A DNA stretch of 64,000 bases from Phoronis australis (GCA_002633005.1 NMRA01000666.1:1-64000), one strand, 5' to 3'. Shown: positions 1 through 14,900, counted from the first letter of the stretch. The notes: generated by a model not told the origin, from the letters alone. Made by a program: numbers and translations.

Positions 1-1055
1 ACCTTGAAAGTAAATGTGGTCATGTGAAGATTGCGTCGAGTAGACAGTTTGGGCCACTTGAGACTATTCAAAACCTGAACACTATTGGATCCCCTGGATG
101 CCTTTATCAATTGTACTTGAATCTTCACAATATACATGGGGTCTATCGAAAATTACCATTTGCGATTTTTCAAGAAAAATCATGAAATGATAATTTTGGG
201 AACTGCAATAACGTTTCTGAGATTTCATTTTGAACATTTAAATTCAATACAATTTGGTTTCGTTATTGATACCGTTGTTTTGTGCAACTCATTTTGTTAA
301 ATTTTATTTAAAAAATGGCCACAATACCCAGTGAGAAGCAGATTAATGCTAGGTTCAAAATCAAATTCTTCTACGTTGAGGAAATTTACACTTTTTACTG
401 AGTTAAAACCTATATTTTTGTAGAAATTTGACTACACTGCCAGGTCGAAGGTGCTACATGTACATGGGTGTGACGCTACCACCGATCCGTTCATTGTTTT
501 AGCACTTCAATTCGTGATCAAGATTGCTAACCCAAATCATTACATCCCGAAGTTCACAAGTACTCGTTTATGCGTCATCAGCGTTTTTTTTTTTCGAAAA
601 GAGCGGAGTGCAGCTTCGTGAGTCAATTATTTGAACCGTCATAATGGCATGTCAGCGAAGTTTAGAATACGAAATAGTCCTTTCAGGTGTTCATAGAAAC
701 AGCCCTAAGTATGTTTTGGAACATGGTTAGCAGGCCGCACAGTTTCTTTCTACTGCAGCCGATTAGAAGCAGAAACATCCGTTTCACTATTTACTGATAT
801 GAGTTCATGCTTTAAGAGCCCAATGCCGTTATTATTCACGTGAGTTTGCGAGCAATCGCCCCTACACCTCGGTTCACCAAGATCCTAAGAATACGGGATT
901 GGAATGTTTGAAATACTTACAGTATTACAGGAAGTTTTTCGCCAGTTTGTGAACCTTATTGGCGTTTCTCGTGACTCAGCTCATTGTCGCGTAAGCATGA
1001 TCGTGATACGTGTTCACCTCGCTAAAAGTACAAAACTTCCAACCAAAATGACGAA

Positions 1056-2410
1056 CTGGGCCCGGTCTCCAATCTCCGTACTCAGACTCGAATCATGCTC
1101 AAACTCACACTTCATACTCAACTCGAGTACAGACTCAGCTTTGGTGTATTCAATGTCATACTCGAAAAATCTGTACTCGAAATTTCGAGCACGTACTCAA
1201 TTTTCGAGTATACTCGAAGCGAAGTGTATTTCATCCATATTTCGAGTACGATTTTGAGTAAAAATTCCGAGTATATGCTCTAAATTTCAAGTTTGGTATG
1301 GCAGTGTGCTTGAAATCGTACTCGAAAATAAATACGAGCCAGAGAACAAAATATCGAAAGGGAACCAAGAAACACAGCAAATATAAAAAAATAAGTCCTC
1401 TTACCGTATCTCAGCACTTCAATTTCAGTTCAGAGATAATAGTTTTCATCTTAAATCTTCTTATTCTTCACCTTATTAACCCGCCGTATCACTGTATGTT
1501 ATGGCCGCCATTCTACCTCTACAATTCCTGGCAACAGGCGCATTGTAATCCTTTGTCGGCGAGTCATAACAAGCGTCGAAAGCAGTTGTGGGAAAAGTCG
1601 TGTGAGAAGTTTGTGCTGCCCTTATTTCGGTATGTGTGCCTACGTTTTGTAGGGTTTCCAAAAGACGAGGTACATTTCTCATCATAACTTAGTCATCTAT
1701 AATTCCTCAATCCACAAACGGAATTCCAGATTTTGTTTGCCGATTTCTAAGTAGACGTCTCGTCCCGTTCACTGCCACTGGTGAACTCTGAATGCCTGCA
1801 CAAGTATTGTTTTTTAACTCACGTGCCAAATGTCAACTCACTTGATACATCCCAGTAAAATACAAAGATACAGTATCAAAGTTTGACATCAGCGTAGGCC
1901 TACACAGCAATGGGTTTATGTCAAGACTGAATTAGCAACAGAGATGTAATGTGATAAGCTGTTACATATTTCTTAAGACATTTTCGGGACTGGGTGAGGA
2001 ACTCAAGAAGTAAAGCTTAATAATTTGCCAAGTGTATCAAAGAAATGGCATAAGAATATTTATTGAAACTAAAAAATGAATAACAGTTACAGAACACTCA
2101 AAATTCCACGTTATAGACATACTCTTGTAGTTGTAGCGACAGCAGACGATAATGTAGGCCTAGTTCTTGGGGTGGTCTATTCCAATAGGAAGCGATGAAT
2201 CAGCGCGGCTTTGCGTGATTTTGCATTTCACATCATAAAGAAATCCATAGCAACTCGAGTATGAGTGTCAGATTTGAGTACGTTTGGAGTCTACTCGAAA
2301 TCCGACATTAGATACGCTTTTTTGAGTACGACTCCAGTGAGCACGATTTTGAGTATGAATTCTCGAGTATGAGTATGAGTCTGAGTACGGAGATTGGAGA
2401 CCGGGCCCTG
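1056..2410. mobile_element. Non-autonomous hAT-like TIR element (MITE-like, ~1.35 kb)
   Basis: Near-perfect ~33 bp TIR: c(t)gggcccggtctccaatctccgtactcagactc at 1056-1090 versus gagtctgagtacggagattggagaccgggccctg ending at 2410. Many subterminal (G)TACTCGA/TCGAGTA repeats at both ends. A CAG(GG) terminus is hAT-like. No TSD is preserved. Confidence 0.75.
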
Positions 2411-5400
2411 GATTGTTATGTGACAAAAGAAGAAATGAAAACGAGTCACGCACATAATACAGTGAAATCAACGGCACCGTTGTGTATCGCAAAAATGAAA
2501 CAAATAAATGGAAACAGTATCACCGAACTGAAAAACTTACACTGGACTTCAGTTGATCGGTCTATGTACGGGAGTCGTCATCGATGGTATCTTGTTCCTT
2601 CGGTGTAATAGCAAACGATTTTCATGTAATCGTCCAGGATTGGAAAGCGACGACGTCACAAGAAGTTATACCCCCATGTCATTTTGATCGTAGTTGGAAT
2701 TAGTAGCATGAGTTCGTAACGTTTTCTAGTGCCCAACAAAAATTCCATTTTTGATCCACACGACACAGAATATCCCAGAAATGGCTTGTCAGATTTACAT
2801 GAATTTTTAGATAGCATGTTTATGTATCTTTCTCCAAAATGCTGTTAGATATTGTTTTCAATAGTTCCATTTTTGAATAAAGAACTATAAAAAATAGGAC
2901 TTCGGTGATAGAACCAAAACGAAACGATAATTAAGAAGAATGACATCATGTTAAAGTTATCAATTAGCTTAAATTGGTTATGACCTCGATCGTGTTGTTT
3001 CGCTATAATGTACCTTTCCTTTTCAAGACATTTTACTGAAAAGCCTGGTTAGGTGACCTAAGTGATTTTAGATTAGTATCAAGCCAAAAATGAAATTCAA
3101 CAGAATACTGTGTTTCTGCTGGATTCAGTCTTAGCTTTTAGATGTTTGGCTGAATGTAGGGTTTCGTCAAAACCTCCGTGTGTAGATTTTATGTAAATGC
3201 TCAAGCTTTACCCACAAATATACCTACATGTGTGTGAGTCAGGTTTTGAAAGTTCAATACACTTTTTTAAATTCAGCGCTCTGATTTTTCCACTACAACA
3301 CTGGTAATCTTATGCTTTAAAAGGTCGATTTTGGTAGTTATTTTTTTCTTTTCGGAAAAAATGTAATTCGTGATAAAATAACCTTGAGGGTTAAAACCAT
3401 GCCCTCACCATGCGACGCACGAAGTACGGGTAACAAAGTTTCTACTAGGTCTTCCCGCCAAGGGATTTCAAATATCAAGTGCGCACGTCCACTTGACGGC
3501 AAGGAGGTGAAAAATGGCTCTGATAGATGGGGCTGCTGTGGAAGAGATCAGAAAGAACTGTAGGATTATGGGAGGAAGTTTTAAGTTACGTTGTGCACTC
3601 ACTTTTCCAATAATGGACCTGTGGGTCTGTCAACACCTGGAGCAGAGGTATTGCAAAAACACGCACAGAACCCTTGCACATTTTGACGAAAGTATGCTAA
3701 TCTCATTGGACTTTGCTGGCGCACATCGTTGGACCCACCTTTCTGTCAACCATGTAAACAGAGTTACCTTACAACAACGAAGGAGAGCTGTAATCTTGAA
3801 GGGAAATGAAATACATGTAGGACCATACTTAAAACTGTTCAAATTGAAAGTGAAGGGAGTGAGGCAATGTATGTCGTATACGATAGAACAATACAATATT
3901 TCTGATTCAATATGTAAAAGGCCGAAATTTTATGACAGTTGTCAGTGCTTTGTCTTTCAGATTCTTAGAGACGAAGCAAGTGCAAGTACGTGGCAGACCT
4001 GCAAGTTCGGCAGCCTGACCAACTTTGTGAGTCTCGCGAGAATAAGCTCTTCGCAAAGCTTCCAGAGAAAGTACATTCATTGGATAAGGTGAATTTGCTA
4101 TAGTAGTGTTTTTCGACACCTACATTGGTCTTCAAATTCACCATAAGCTTTCCCATTCTTCCGCTACCAAGGCTAGGCTGAGTCAGTCAAAGCACTTGTT
4201 GCTCTGGAGTTATACCCTGCTTTATATGGAAAAGTCTGTGAATTTTTTCCATGCGCAAATGACGCTTTTTAATGTATACTGTGTACATGTATGCCGGAAG
4301 CGCTATCACTATGGTGGGGAGCACCTACCGTTTTTCCCAGGCTCGAAAATGTTCTATTATTAAACGGTGCGCCCAGTAAAGAGTAAAGATAAGTTAAATT
4401 TACTAATTTGCACTCGTTTAAGGTTATTTCAAATGTTACTCAGTGACCTCCATTTTAAATAAGCAAGGTCTTGTCAATCAGTAAAAGTAAATATTTTCTG
4501 AAAGGAAAAAGAGGTAAAATATAAAATTTAATGATATTTTTTTACGATTATTTTTATTACCTAAAGGTTTTCAAATCAAGTTTTCATTCTTAAGAAAGGT
4601 GCATTTAAAGGAAAATAACCCCTTAATCGAGTTTAATGAAGACTAATTTCAATGAAAACTTCACCACTTACATCAAAAATTTTGTTAGGAATTTTAGTTT
4701 TGTTTTCTCACATGGTTTCCATGATAAATCAACTCGCAAATCGTAATGCGTTTTTGTAAAAATAGCAGTCGCATTCGTCTTTGTTACATTACGCAAAAAC
4801 TAGACCCTTATATAAATAATCGCACTGTTTTTTGAGATTGAATCATAAATATTAAGTTTGTAAAGTCTCAGTATAATCCACCGAGCCTTTTTTGAGATCT
4901 TGTGTTCCTAAACTCATATTAAGCCGATTTTTCGAAGCCAAGGAAGAACCAGTCATGAGTCTCATCGTTTTAGGTTAATTACTTTCCATTCAATATAACC
5001 TATGCATGCTATAATTTATACCATGTTCGCTGCTTCAACATTCACGCTCATTTTCAACTGAATTATAACCTATACAGGCTGTATCCTTAATACCATTTTT
5101 ACTATGTCAACAATCATGCGCAATGTCAACTGAATTTAAAGTGCGCAATTTCATTATCACAGGAACGTTTCATCGGTCAAGTCGGTTTCCAATTGATCGA
5201 GTCCAACTAGATAATGCAGTTGGAGCCAACATATTAAGAGGGGATGTATGAGCATTGTGGTTCACTTTAAAGTAGGTCAACAGTACACACTACGCTCCCG
5301 GAGACTGGTATGAAACTCAAGTACAAAATGGATAATAGAAATCGAGTCGGCAGTTTAGGCCAGTTAGTGAGCTTGAGATCGAAACAGCGAAATGTCAAGC

Positions 5401-6774
5401 TACCTGTCGTATTAACGTATAAGGGAGACGAACACAGTCACATATGCGTGAGGTGACACGAACTATTTGTTCCCAACGAGCATATGCAAGCAGACACACA
5501 ACTCCCTCGGGATCAAACCTACGTTTTGCCTTCATTTTCCCCAGCATCTTTCTAACGTAAGTACGTGTCGTTGACTCAATATTATCGCGACTTATTGATT
5601 GAAAGGACTGAGGGTACAAACGGAGCTGTTCTGTGCCTGATGGGAGCTTCGATTAGAGTGACGGTCCTTGAATTTTTGACCTCGGATAGGTAGTTAATGT
5701 ATTCTTAACGGCTGAGCTGTTCCAACGTGGTTCAGGGAAATTTCATTTTCTAGCCACACAGTATATGTCGTGTATTTGAAGTTCGCCGAGAATCAAGATT
5801 AGGTATTTTGCCAGAAATATGTGAAATATTGTACAAATGGACATTTTTTGTGAATAATGTTTGAGATATCGAAACACGAATACTCGAATAACCTGTACTG
5901 TCACGCTAACAACCAACTGTCAAGATTAAATTCAACATCAGTTCGGTGGCCTGCATACGTATAGAGACTGGCCATAAACAATCATGCATCATCTGCTTGG
6001 AATATATGTGTCATCCAATTACCTCAGATCGACGAAATCGAAATTATGTGTCATCAAAATGATTGAATTTTTAGTAGTCCATGAAACGTTGCTTTCAATG
6101 GAAAACAGGGAAAACTGGTAATTTCCTGTGACATCTGACTTACAAGATCGACCATTCCTTCCGTTTTTCTAAGTCAACGGCCGCTTTGTCAGTTGCAAAA
6201 AATCAACTACCTCACAAATGAATGCTCTGTTCCTAATAACTTAAGAATCTGCTTTCAATAAGAATATTCACACATTGCACAGGACCATATACATGTACAT
6301 GTAGGAAGTCCTAGGTCTACATAGGGCAAATGTAGGATTTGAGCTCAGTGCTTCGTTTCTATTGGAACAAATGCATAATTTCCTTTTTGAGATGCAAATA
6401 AAAATTACACGATGCCATATGATTTGGGTGAAAGCTTTATATAGCATGACAGAAAATAGTTTTTAATCTCAATGTTATCAAAGACACCTCTTAACCACAA
6501 GGCCCTCAAATGTTGCTTTGTAAAAATTGGTAGGCCTAACGCTGTGGTTACGGCGTGAAAATGTGGTTAAGAGGAATATCACGTTGAATGTGACTAGGGT
6601 AAGGGGCTCCCCAAATTATCAGAGTTGGGCGTTTTACTGAACTCCGGTGCTTCACTATCCCACGAGAAAGTGACACACGCCTTTGCTGTAGTGTAGGCAA
6701 TTTCGATGCAAATAGGGACAGGACAAAAGAATAAACAACTCGTAACAAATGGGTGTTCAATCAAGGTCACATCA

Positions 6775-9700
6775 TAGCGGAATTCATATAAACTGCGCAC
6801 CATGTGACAAGTTTTTGCAAGTGGGTACAAAGTTAGGGATAGGTTAAAAATTTCTAAAAAACACCGCAAATAAACTGTGCTAACCCTCTGGTGGTCTCTA
6901 CGCACGAAATCCAATATGGCCGCCGCCGGCAAAAGGAATTGGCATATTTCACCTATTATTACCACTGGAGCAGATTGAAAACCATGTTTTCAACATTTTT
7001 GGGTGTGAGAAGTTCATTTCTGATGATATTTTTATGCTTGAGGCCATTTAAATCTGTGTACATTGTCTCTGGAGTGAAAATATCAAACGCTTGGCCCCGC
7101 ACATTGTCACTGGATAGAAATGTCAAACGCACGGTTCCGGACAGCTTCACTCTTGCATATTTTTTGTTGCTTGGAATCAGGCCGAATACCATGTCTGAAA
7201 AGATAATTTTGTTTGACCTATTTTAACTTTTCAAAACATCTTCGTCCATTGTGTTGAAAACCTTACCTCAACATGAAAGGCAATAATCCGTTCGAAATTC
7301 CTAAAAGAAAGGACAGCAACTTGTCATTTTGTTGCGTTCGCCAAGAACTGGAAAAACTCTCATAGTGAAAAGAAATTGAGTCCGAAAAAACGGTGGATCT
7401 CACCAATATGCAGCAAGTCTGCTATGAAAAGTTTCAAAATGAAGACCTGAACAAATATACAAAGTGAGAAGTCAAAACTGTAGAAAACACATCAACGGCT
7501 AGGCTATAAAATCCAATAACTGTGTGGCACTTGCACATTTAAACACTGCTATTGACGCTGAGGCTGGTGATGTCCAATAAGTGATGCTCGAGCATCCTAG
7601 ACGTCATGTGTCAAGGAAACTTACGTAAGTCATCAATACGATCCCTTGGTAATCGCTCATCTGGTAGCGTTTGTGAAGTCCAACCATTGCACTTTCAAGC
7701 TTGGTGAGTTGATAAAGCTCTATTATCGTCGTCTGCAGCAGCTGAGCTATGATTCGATTGATGTGTATGTGCACCCAAAAAGGTTCAAAGAACATGTTAT
7801 AGAAAACATAGGGTGTGACTGGTCTGAATACTCAATGAGTTGTGGCATTTACATCTCTCATTAGAAGACAGATAGCGCCGCTGTGACAGAGACTGCGCAA
7901 CTCCAGGTTACGAAGGACGAAGCTAAGAAGATTGCTGAAGTTGGTGTCATGCATCGTAAATATAGTCTTCTACAACACGCGCCACTCAATGGATCATTCA
8001 CTTCAAACTGTTCCAGTGAGCCAGTCACGATACCTTTTCTGTCAAGCCTATAGATGTCTTGCTTCAGCTCTCGAACTCTGTTGATGAGAAAATAACAGAA
8101 AACAAAAGGAATATCAGTGCCGCAATAGAATCGCATGCACTATGGAATGCTTCCATGGGCATGCTCCACGTCGAAGTGGCATATCAAGAGTGTAGAGGTA
8201 AACTGCTGGATGGATCTGGATGCGACGACAGAGTCTCCCTAGCCAATGTCTTCATTCTTGTTATTGCATCATCTCTTTTCGTTGGAAAGCATGTCCAGCG
8301 TACCAGGTATGCATACCAGCTCACTCTTGTTTGGCTTAATGAGTTAAAAGAAATTGGCATATGATGAGTCCTGTCATGGATCTCTGGACCTTACGAACGC
8401 TTTGATATGTGGGAAAAACAAGTTAGTAATGCTACAACAATTTGGTACCAGGAAATTGTGAGAGAGTATCTGCTCATTAACTGTCGCTTCATTCCATGTC
8501 AGAGGCTGGGCAATTGACTATTGACTCCGAAAGCCTGTGAAGAAATGTGTCCATGTTTTTTTTTTTTAATTTGGAAATACAAATTACGCGCGCTGGATGC
8601 CTGTTTTCCTGAGAGATATGGAACAGCTTCCACAGTCCCACCCTTCAGTGCACGAATCTTTCATGGAAGGGAAATTTGTTGTTCAACGGAATGACAAGAG
8701 TTTTCTTTGATGGCTCTTGACCAGAGCCAAAAGTACAGTATCAAGTTCGTGAAGCGGTACAGTGGTTCCAATGGGGTCTACGCCAACATAAAGAGAAGAT
8801 AACGATTGACGTCTCAAAGCCAGAAGTGTTGAGGTTAATTGATGAGTTTGTGAATGCATGCTTCTCTACGCACGTCCAGAAGCAAGGATATTGGTCAAAC
8901 CTAATTCATAGAGTTTGTTAAAACAATAACTGATATCGCTACCAAACCGTTGTCTAACATCATCCCAATGACCGAGTTGTTCACTTTCGTCAACTGACCA
9001 CTCACTGATTTGAAAAGAGGTAGTGACAAGTTGGGATCTACCAAAGCGAATACGGATTTCATCACCAAGATGTTCATGTCGCTCCAAGCACGTCCCTCGT
9101 CAAAAAAAAAACCGATACTAAACCCTGGTCAATGGGCTTGGGAATGGAATGCTAGAACTAAAAATGGGTGTCGTAATGGGCAGACATAGAAGATATAAGA
9201 CCAGGCGTGTTCACTACTTCTCCATTGCGACTGTGTTGCAGCATGCAAAGGCAATTGTAAGTGTCATCGAGCTGACTTTCGGTGTACCACATTGTGCAAA
9301 TGTGAAGGTGCCTGCAGCAGAATTGACTCTTAAATTTGAAATTTCATCTTTCTCAATGTCTGGTTGCTTTATGAGTACATGATACAAACTAGCAGCCAGC
9401 AGTATTTGGTAGACCATTCTGTTCCTTCAGTTGCTAATATAATATGTCTCAGTCTAGAAGTACTATCATAGTCATCTGGAGAAGTCCTACATGTATTTCG
9501 TGCAGCTGGTTTTGACATGCGGTAATTTTAGGTTTTTGTGCGGTGAGTCAAATCGATGTACACATTAATTGAGCAAAGTAACTCCCATGAGGACAAACAT
9601 AAATTTGAGTTATTTTTAAATGACATTTGCCTTGAAAGTATCATTTTGCATTGGAATTGGCCTCAAAACATTAAACTAATACCAGAAATGAACTCCTCAC

Positions 9701-9930
9701 CTCAAAAGTATTGAAAAGATGATATCAGAATTTGGTTTAGTGGTAATAATACATGAGATACGCCAATTTCCATTTTCGGCGGCGGCCATCTTGGATTTTA
9801 CGCGTAACAACCACCAGGGAATCAGCACACTTTGTTTGTGGTGTTTTTCCAATTCCCTTTGCTTAAACCTAACATTGTACCAAATTTCAAAAACTTGTCA
9901 CGAAGTGCCCAATTTGTGCAAATCTGCATA
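6775..9930 (+). mobile_element. Decayed Academ DNA transposon
   Basis: TAG start. Long diverged TIRs at 6775-7020 and 9683-9930 contain GGCGGCCAT(C/A)TTGGATTT. Transposase relic GMLHVEVAYQECRGKLLDGSG...HVQRTRYAYQLT at 8158-8330. C-terminal Cys cluster CDCVAACKGNCKCHRADFRCTTLCKCEGAC at ~9226-9315. Stops and frameshifts throughout. Confidence 0.8.
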
Positions 9931-10118
9931 CATATATTTGCTCCCCGGTATAATTCAAGCCAGTAGCAAATGAAATTGGAGCTTATTGAATTTGACTAGG
10001 TTGTTCTTTTTTCACCTTTCAAGCTCGGACTATTTCATGTGAATCGTTTGATGATGGACATATTGATACCGCTCAACCAAACTCCCGTTTTGTCATATTT
10101 CTGTTTCAATTGAAATAT

Positions 10119-10857
10119 TGTCTCCATCTATTTGGTTCATTTTTGAGAAAAAGTGGAGTTAAGTCCCTTAAATTTCTATTGTCTGCGTTTTTCAGTCCTA
10201 TTTCTGATTTTTGCCACGTAGCAGTTTGTTTTTTTGTATAATCGTTGTACTTTACTGAAGGGAGAACGTGATATAGTCCTGCTTACACAATGAATCGAGT
10301 CACGAGAAACGCCATGAACTTTCGCACACTGCTGAAAAAAGCTTTTCATTAAGTACTGCAAGAATGTTGTGAGGGGAGAGCTGTGACGATTGTGGGGATA
10401 TTGTGGCAACTGTCCGAAGTGTTGTGAACTTTGTTTGGTACTGTGGTGTTTGTGGGGTTTTGTGGCACCTATACGTTTCCATAACTTCAACAAGGGATAT
10501 TTCTCTGCAGTGGATTAAGTCACTGGAAATAATTTCAAAAATCCATGGTAATAACCCGTGTAACTGGTCATAGTCGAATGATATTATTTTCAAAGCCTGG
10601 AAAGCTTACAGAAAAAATATGTACGTTTTATGTTATTCAAGTATTTTAATATATAAGTATTTCAATAATGAAAGGACAGCTTTTATACTTTATCTGCGGA
10701 TTACAAAGAAAGATTTGATAACGTCTGAAGCATTGGGTTAAAATACCAAATTAGAAAGTACGATGTAATAAGAACAATGTATAAAGTATCAGATAATGTA
10801 CATGAAAATGTTTGATAATGTGTTATGAATTCGAGAAGAAACAATTCGTCTTGGACA
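10119..10857 (+). repeat. Dispersed ~740 bp repeat, copy 1 (unclassified non-autonomous element)
   Basis: Colinear and highly similar to 26860-27585, for example gaatcgagtcacgagaaacgccat and tagaaagtacgatgtaataagaa. A more diverged inverted copy lies at ~905-1055 and appears to continue after 2410. Confidence 0.85.
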
Positions 10858-11183
10858 TAAATAATTTTTAGAATTTGTGTTATTTGTCAACTTTTTTGGT
10901 TACATAAAAACAGGAATTTAAACTCCGAAAATCTCACGATACCACCCCGACCACAACTTCCCGCTCTTCGGTTTACGGTAGAATTTGCATAGTCCCGCTT
11001 GTAATATTGTAATTTTGTACGATACATAGCCCTACTGTATTTCCCCATTGACTGAAACAGGGTTTTTCGTGGGATTTTGCAGCAGCCCCAATTCAGGCCG
11101 TCGAGTGGTTTCGGGCGTTTCGTCTCCCGTTCACCATACACGGTATCCTGACGTTTTTGTATGCTGCTGCAAATATTTAATCT

Positions 11184-11983
11184 TGTCACGTTTTTCCCCG
11201 TGTGTGGGTGGGCGCAGGTTGTTACAGACCGGTGCTAATAGCTTTCGGTGCGGAGATTGACTGAAGACTGGTTCGAGTTAATCCTTTATTAATCCCGACC
11301 GTACGTTCACAAGCCTACTCAAACAAAACGTCCGACGTAATGTCTGTTTATGCTCCAGCCAGTGCTGCCAAGCCTTGACTTGTATTGAACTTCTGAGATA
11401 CTTCCAGCAACTGTTACACTCGATTCAATAACCTGCTGTCTCTATAGCTGGCTCTCTATTGACTATCGCTGTAACTGCTGATTCTCTTCACTGCAACTCA
11501 ACTGTAGTTCTCCTTATTAACTTTCTTGAACTTACTTGATCTGACTTGATCTCCTGACTTGATCTTATCTTGAACTCAACTCACTTAATCTGACTTAATC
11601 TTCTTGGACTCAAGTGACTAACACAAACCCGTGCTTGTGTATTTATAGCCTAATGCATTGTTCTGGAACTTTTCATCAATTCAAGCACATACCAGAACTT
11701 TCTGGAACCTACCCAATCATTCTACAAACATGTACTAGTCTCTAGAATATTCCAGACTGCATTAATCACTGTCATGCTAGAGTCTTCTAGAAAGTTCCAC
11801 ACTATACTGTAGTAAACAAATTACATCATCACTGTTCTGACCTCAGTCTTCTAGAAAGTTCCATACTATTCTGTAGTAAACAAATTACATCATCATTGCA
11901 CTTAACTCAGGGGTCATGCAAATCAAACTGAATAACAAAACAAAACAATACAACTAATAATAATGTCAGACTATATTCTGACA
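11184..11983 (-). mobile_element. Solo LTR (800 bp) of an LTR retrotransposon
   Basis: TGTCA...TGACA termini with a perfect 5 bp TSD AATCT at 11179-11183 and 11984-11988. On the minus strand, TATAAATA (~11640) precedes AATAAA (~11285). Internal tandem duplication at 11781-11895. Confidence 0.85.
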
Positions 11984-14900
11984 AATCTTTACGGTTAAAT
12001 CGGTTGGAATGGTATTTTCCGTGATGGCAGGTCTACAGGTAATTTATTTGTTTTAACTAAACAAAAATTTCACCATATAATTCTTATATTCCACACCAAG
12101 AAACAATGCCAGAACAAGCAATTGCAAACGATTTCCAAGAATGCGGGGCAACCTTAACATCGCGAGATCGAAGTTGCCATTTCAGCACGCGGGTTGGTGA
12201 AATACCGGAGTTGAGTGGATTAAAATTACTCTCAGTTCGAAGACATCGAAACGCTTTTACGTTTTAGTGAATTGCATTTGAAACACACGATTTTTGTCAA
12301 AATAACCTCATTTAAAAAATGGATCCAGTAAAGCAAACAAACGGTAGCGTGTAGCGGTATTGTGTCTGTGCTGTCATTCATAAGTTTACGCAAGCTCAGT
12401 GAATCACCAGTCCTGTGTTCAATAAAGCTAGAATTTTGGTAATTACTCCGTTATTGGCGTGTAATTTAAAGACATGTGATTTTGGATACATTTAAGCTAC
12501 AGTACAAGTAGATTTCAACGGGCTGCTACCATGCGAATGTTTTTTGTCCGTGGCTACTCGACATCACTCTGGGGATTATCCCAGTTTCTGTATCATCATA
12601 GGCCTACTTAACATAAAAATGTGATCCTATACTTTGCATAAATTATTCTGAAAAGCACAACCTTCTGAGCATATGCATGTTCACAGAGCTACCAGTTACC
12701 GTAATATTCATTATAAGATTGAGATGAGCCATTTCCATGCGTAGAAGTGTCTTGCTTTTGAGAAGTTTTGCAGTGAAAGCGGAAGGCCAAGTGCAACTCG
12801 TGTTTCCCCGTTTGTGGTGGCCTTAAAATCTTGTAACATCCAATGGTTCAGGGACAAAAATGGCGGACTGTCTTCGGGTACACAAACAAGACCTGATTGA
12901 TTAGAGTGATTAGCTTAATACTATAATCATTGACATGACTACTTCAAAGTTGAGAAAACACTATGTGTGTTGCGATTACGCAAGCAACAGACTAAATAAT
13001 GTTATCCACACCCATTGATGTTTAGTGATTAACTCAAAATAACAAGAAGCAAAACGGACCGTTTGCAAATAATACTTACATTATTCAAACTAGAACCTGC
13101 TGACACACAGGATTTTAAACTTCCGAGGTAGCCAGGTTTGACGACATTACGGTTTGCATTTTCTAAACTTTTTCAAAATAAGCCCTCACTCTACATGCTA
13201 GAAGATTTCTCTGCGTTTGAGGGAGACCTCGATTAACTCGGACCGATAATAAGTGATTAGATGGCAGCACTGCTGGTCAACATTTGTTAAATATGTCGCA
13301 AATTTCCTTCCGCATCTTGAGTTGTCTCCTGTAAAAAGTGCAGGGATGTTTCAATTTAGGCTGAGATGCGTCCTTGGAACACTTAGACCTGGGAATTGGA
13401 CGGAGTAATGCTATGAAAGCGAACAAAATGTACTACGTTCTTGCAAAGTTCCTTGGAGTTGTAGTGATAATAAACTTGGTATTCGACAGGACAGGGACAA
13501 TTCAATTGCAGTGGTATGCGTACTGCCAGGAAAAATCAAAGAGTGAACTGTATAGTTCTTTCCTTCGTAAAATTCTCTAACGTGTTGGTGCCTATTTGTG
13601 TACAATTCTGCATCCCTTTGCAGAAATTTTAAAAACATTCTTGTTGAATCAGTGCGACACAGGTACATATAAATATGAGCGCAACTACACTCCCTAAGTT
13701 TATCCTCGACCCGACTCAGGCTGTAATGTCTAATGCAAGCATTTGACGCCAGTTGCACACTGACCAATAAGATTATCGAATTCATCAACGACCAAACAAG
13801 TGCTTCCGGAACATTTGACGTTGCCCAACCGTGAAAATTTGGCAAATTTGCGCATTGTATTTGACACGGAAATGGTTCCAAACTTATCGTATTGTATGGC
13901 GGTCAAAATTATTTTGAGGTCGATTTCACCAGGATAATACTGCTCTCCAGACCCTAGCACTGGAGTTCAATACACGATCTTACTACACAAACAATAAGTT
14001 TGTATCGGCATGTATGCTAATGGCTTTACTTGGTTATGATTCATGAGAAAAGTGTATTTCATTTCATTGTCTAGCTCTCATCTTCGATCATCCAACTCGG
14101 CCTTGCGCCTGAAATATATGACAAATAAGAACGGAGTTACACCTTCGGCAAGAAACTTGATTGTCTGTCATTGATGCATTAGTCTTTATGTTGCATGAGA
14201 CCTGTTTCTTGAAAAGTCTTTACACTCTAACTTTCGAGTCCATTTCATTTGATTTAAGGACATCATGTGCCGAAAACCAGTCTCAGCTAAATGTATTCCA
14301 TTAAAAACCAATGTCTTGCTCATATCGCACTCACAAACACATCTGCATGTATCTATTTCTGAAGAGTATTATCCCAGTTAAAACATTTACTAAAACTGAA
14401 CACGAACTTTCGGTGCGTTTAGTTGAATGGACTTAAGACACATGTAAGAACCATTTCAAAAGGAAACCAAAATATCACTCTAGTGGTCATCCTTCATATT
14501 CAGCTTGTGATCGTGGGGTGGCTGTTGTATGAAAAAATTACCAATTTTGCGCGTGTTATCATTTTTGTTTTTGATATAAAGGCCTGCAAAGGTTTACGAA
14601 GATAATGGCACTTTTTACATACCGAAAACAACAACAATTCTCCAAATATAAATAAGAGGCAGACTGCATGCTATATGTATTGCACAAAACACATCATGGG
14701 ATTAAGAAGTGGGACATAAGAATTACGAAATAAAAATGATACTAAAAGTTTCGCTGTATCCATCATGTGACGGGAGAGAAATCCGGGAGCGTTTTCTGTA
14801 ATGTGTGTTAAAAGTGGATGTCACTCAAGTGCTTCTACAAACCAGTTTGCTGGGCTGTTGACATTGAAATACATGTTTCTGTATAGATCGTGGATGTTTC

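Noticed and set aside
1080-1330. Short recurring TACTCGA repeats suggesting CRISPR
   Set aside because: Irregular spacing, only 7-9 bp long, mirrored at the other TIR, and in a eukaryotic context with no cas genes.
3961-4088. Exon-like segment (tttcag|...AG|gtgaat) within the 192 aa ORF
   Set aside because: No recognisable domain and no phase-compatible partner exon. It could be a UTR exon but cannot be supported.
13413-13513. Hydrophobic MKANKMYYVLAKFLGVVVIINLVF as the signal exon of the WSC gene
   Set aside because: The available donors are phase 0 or 2, not the phase 1 needed at 32201, and it lies 19 kb away.
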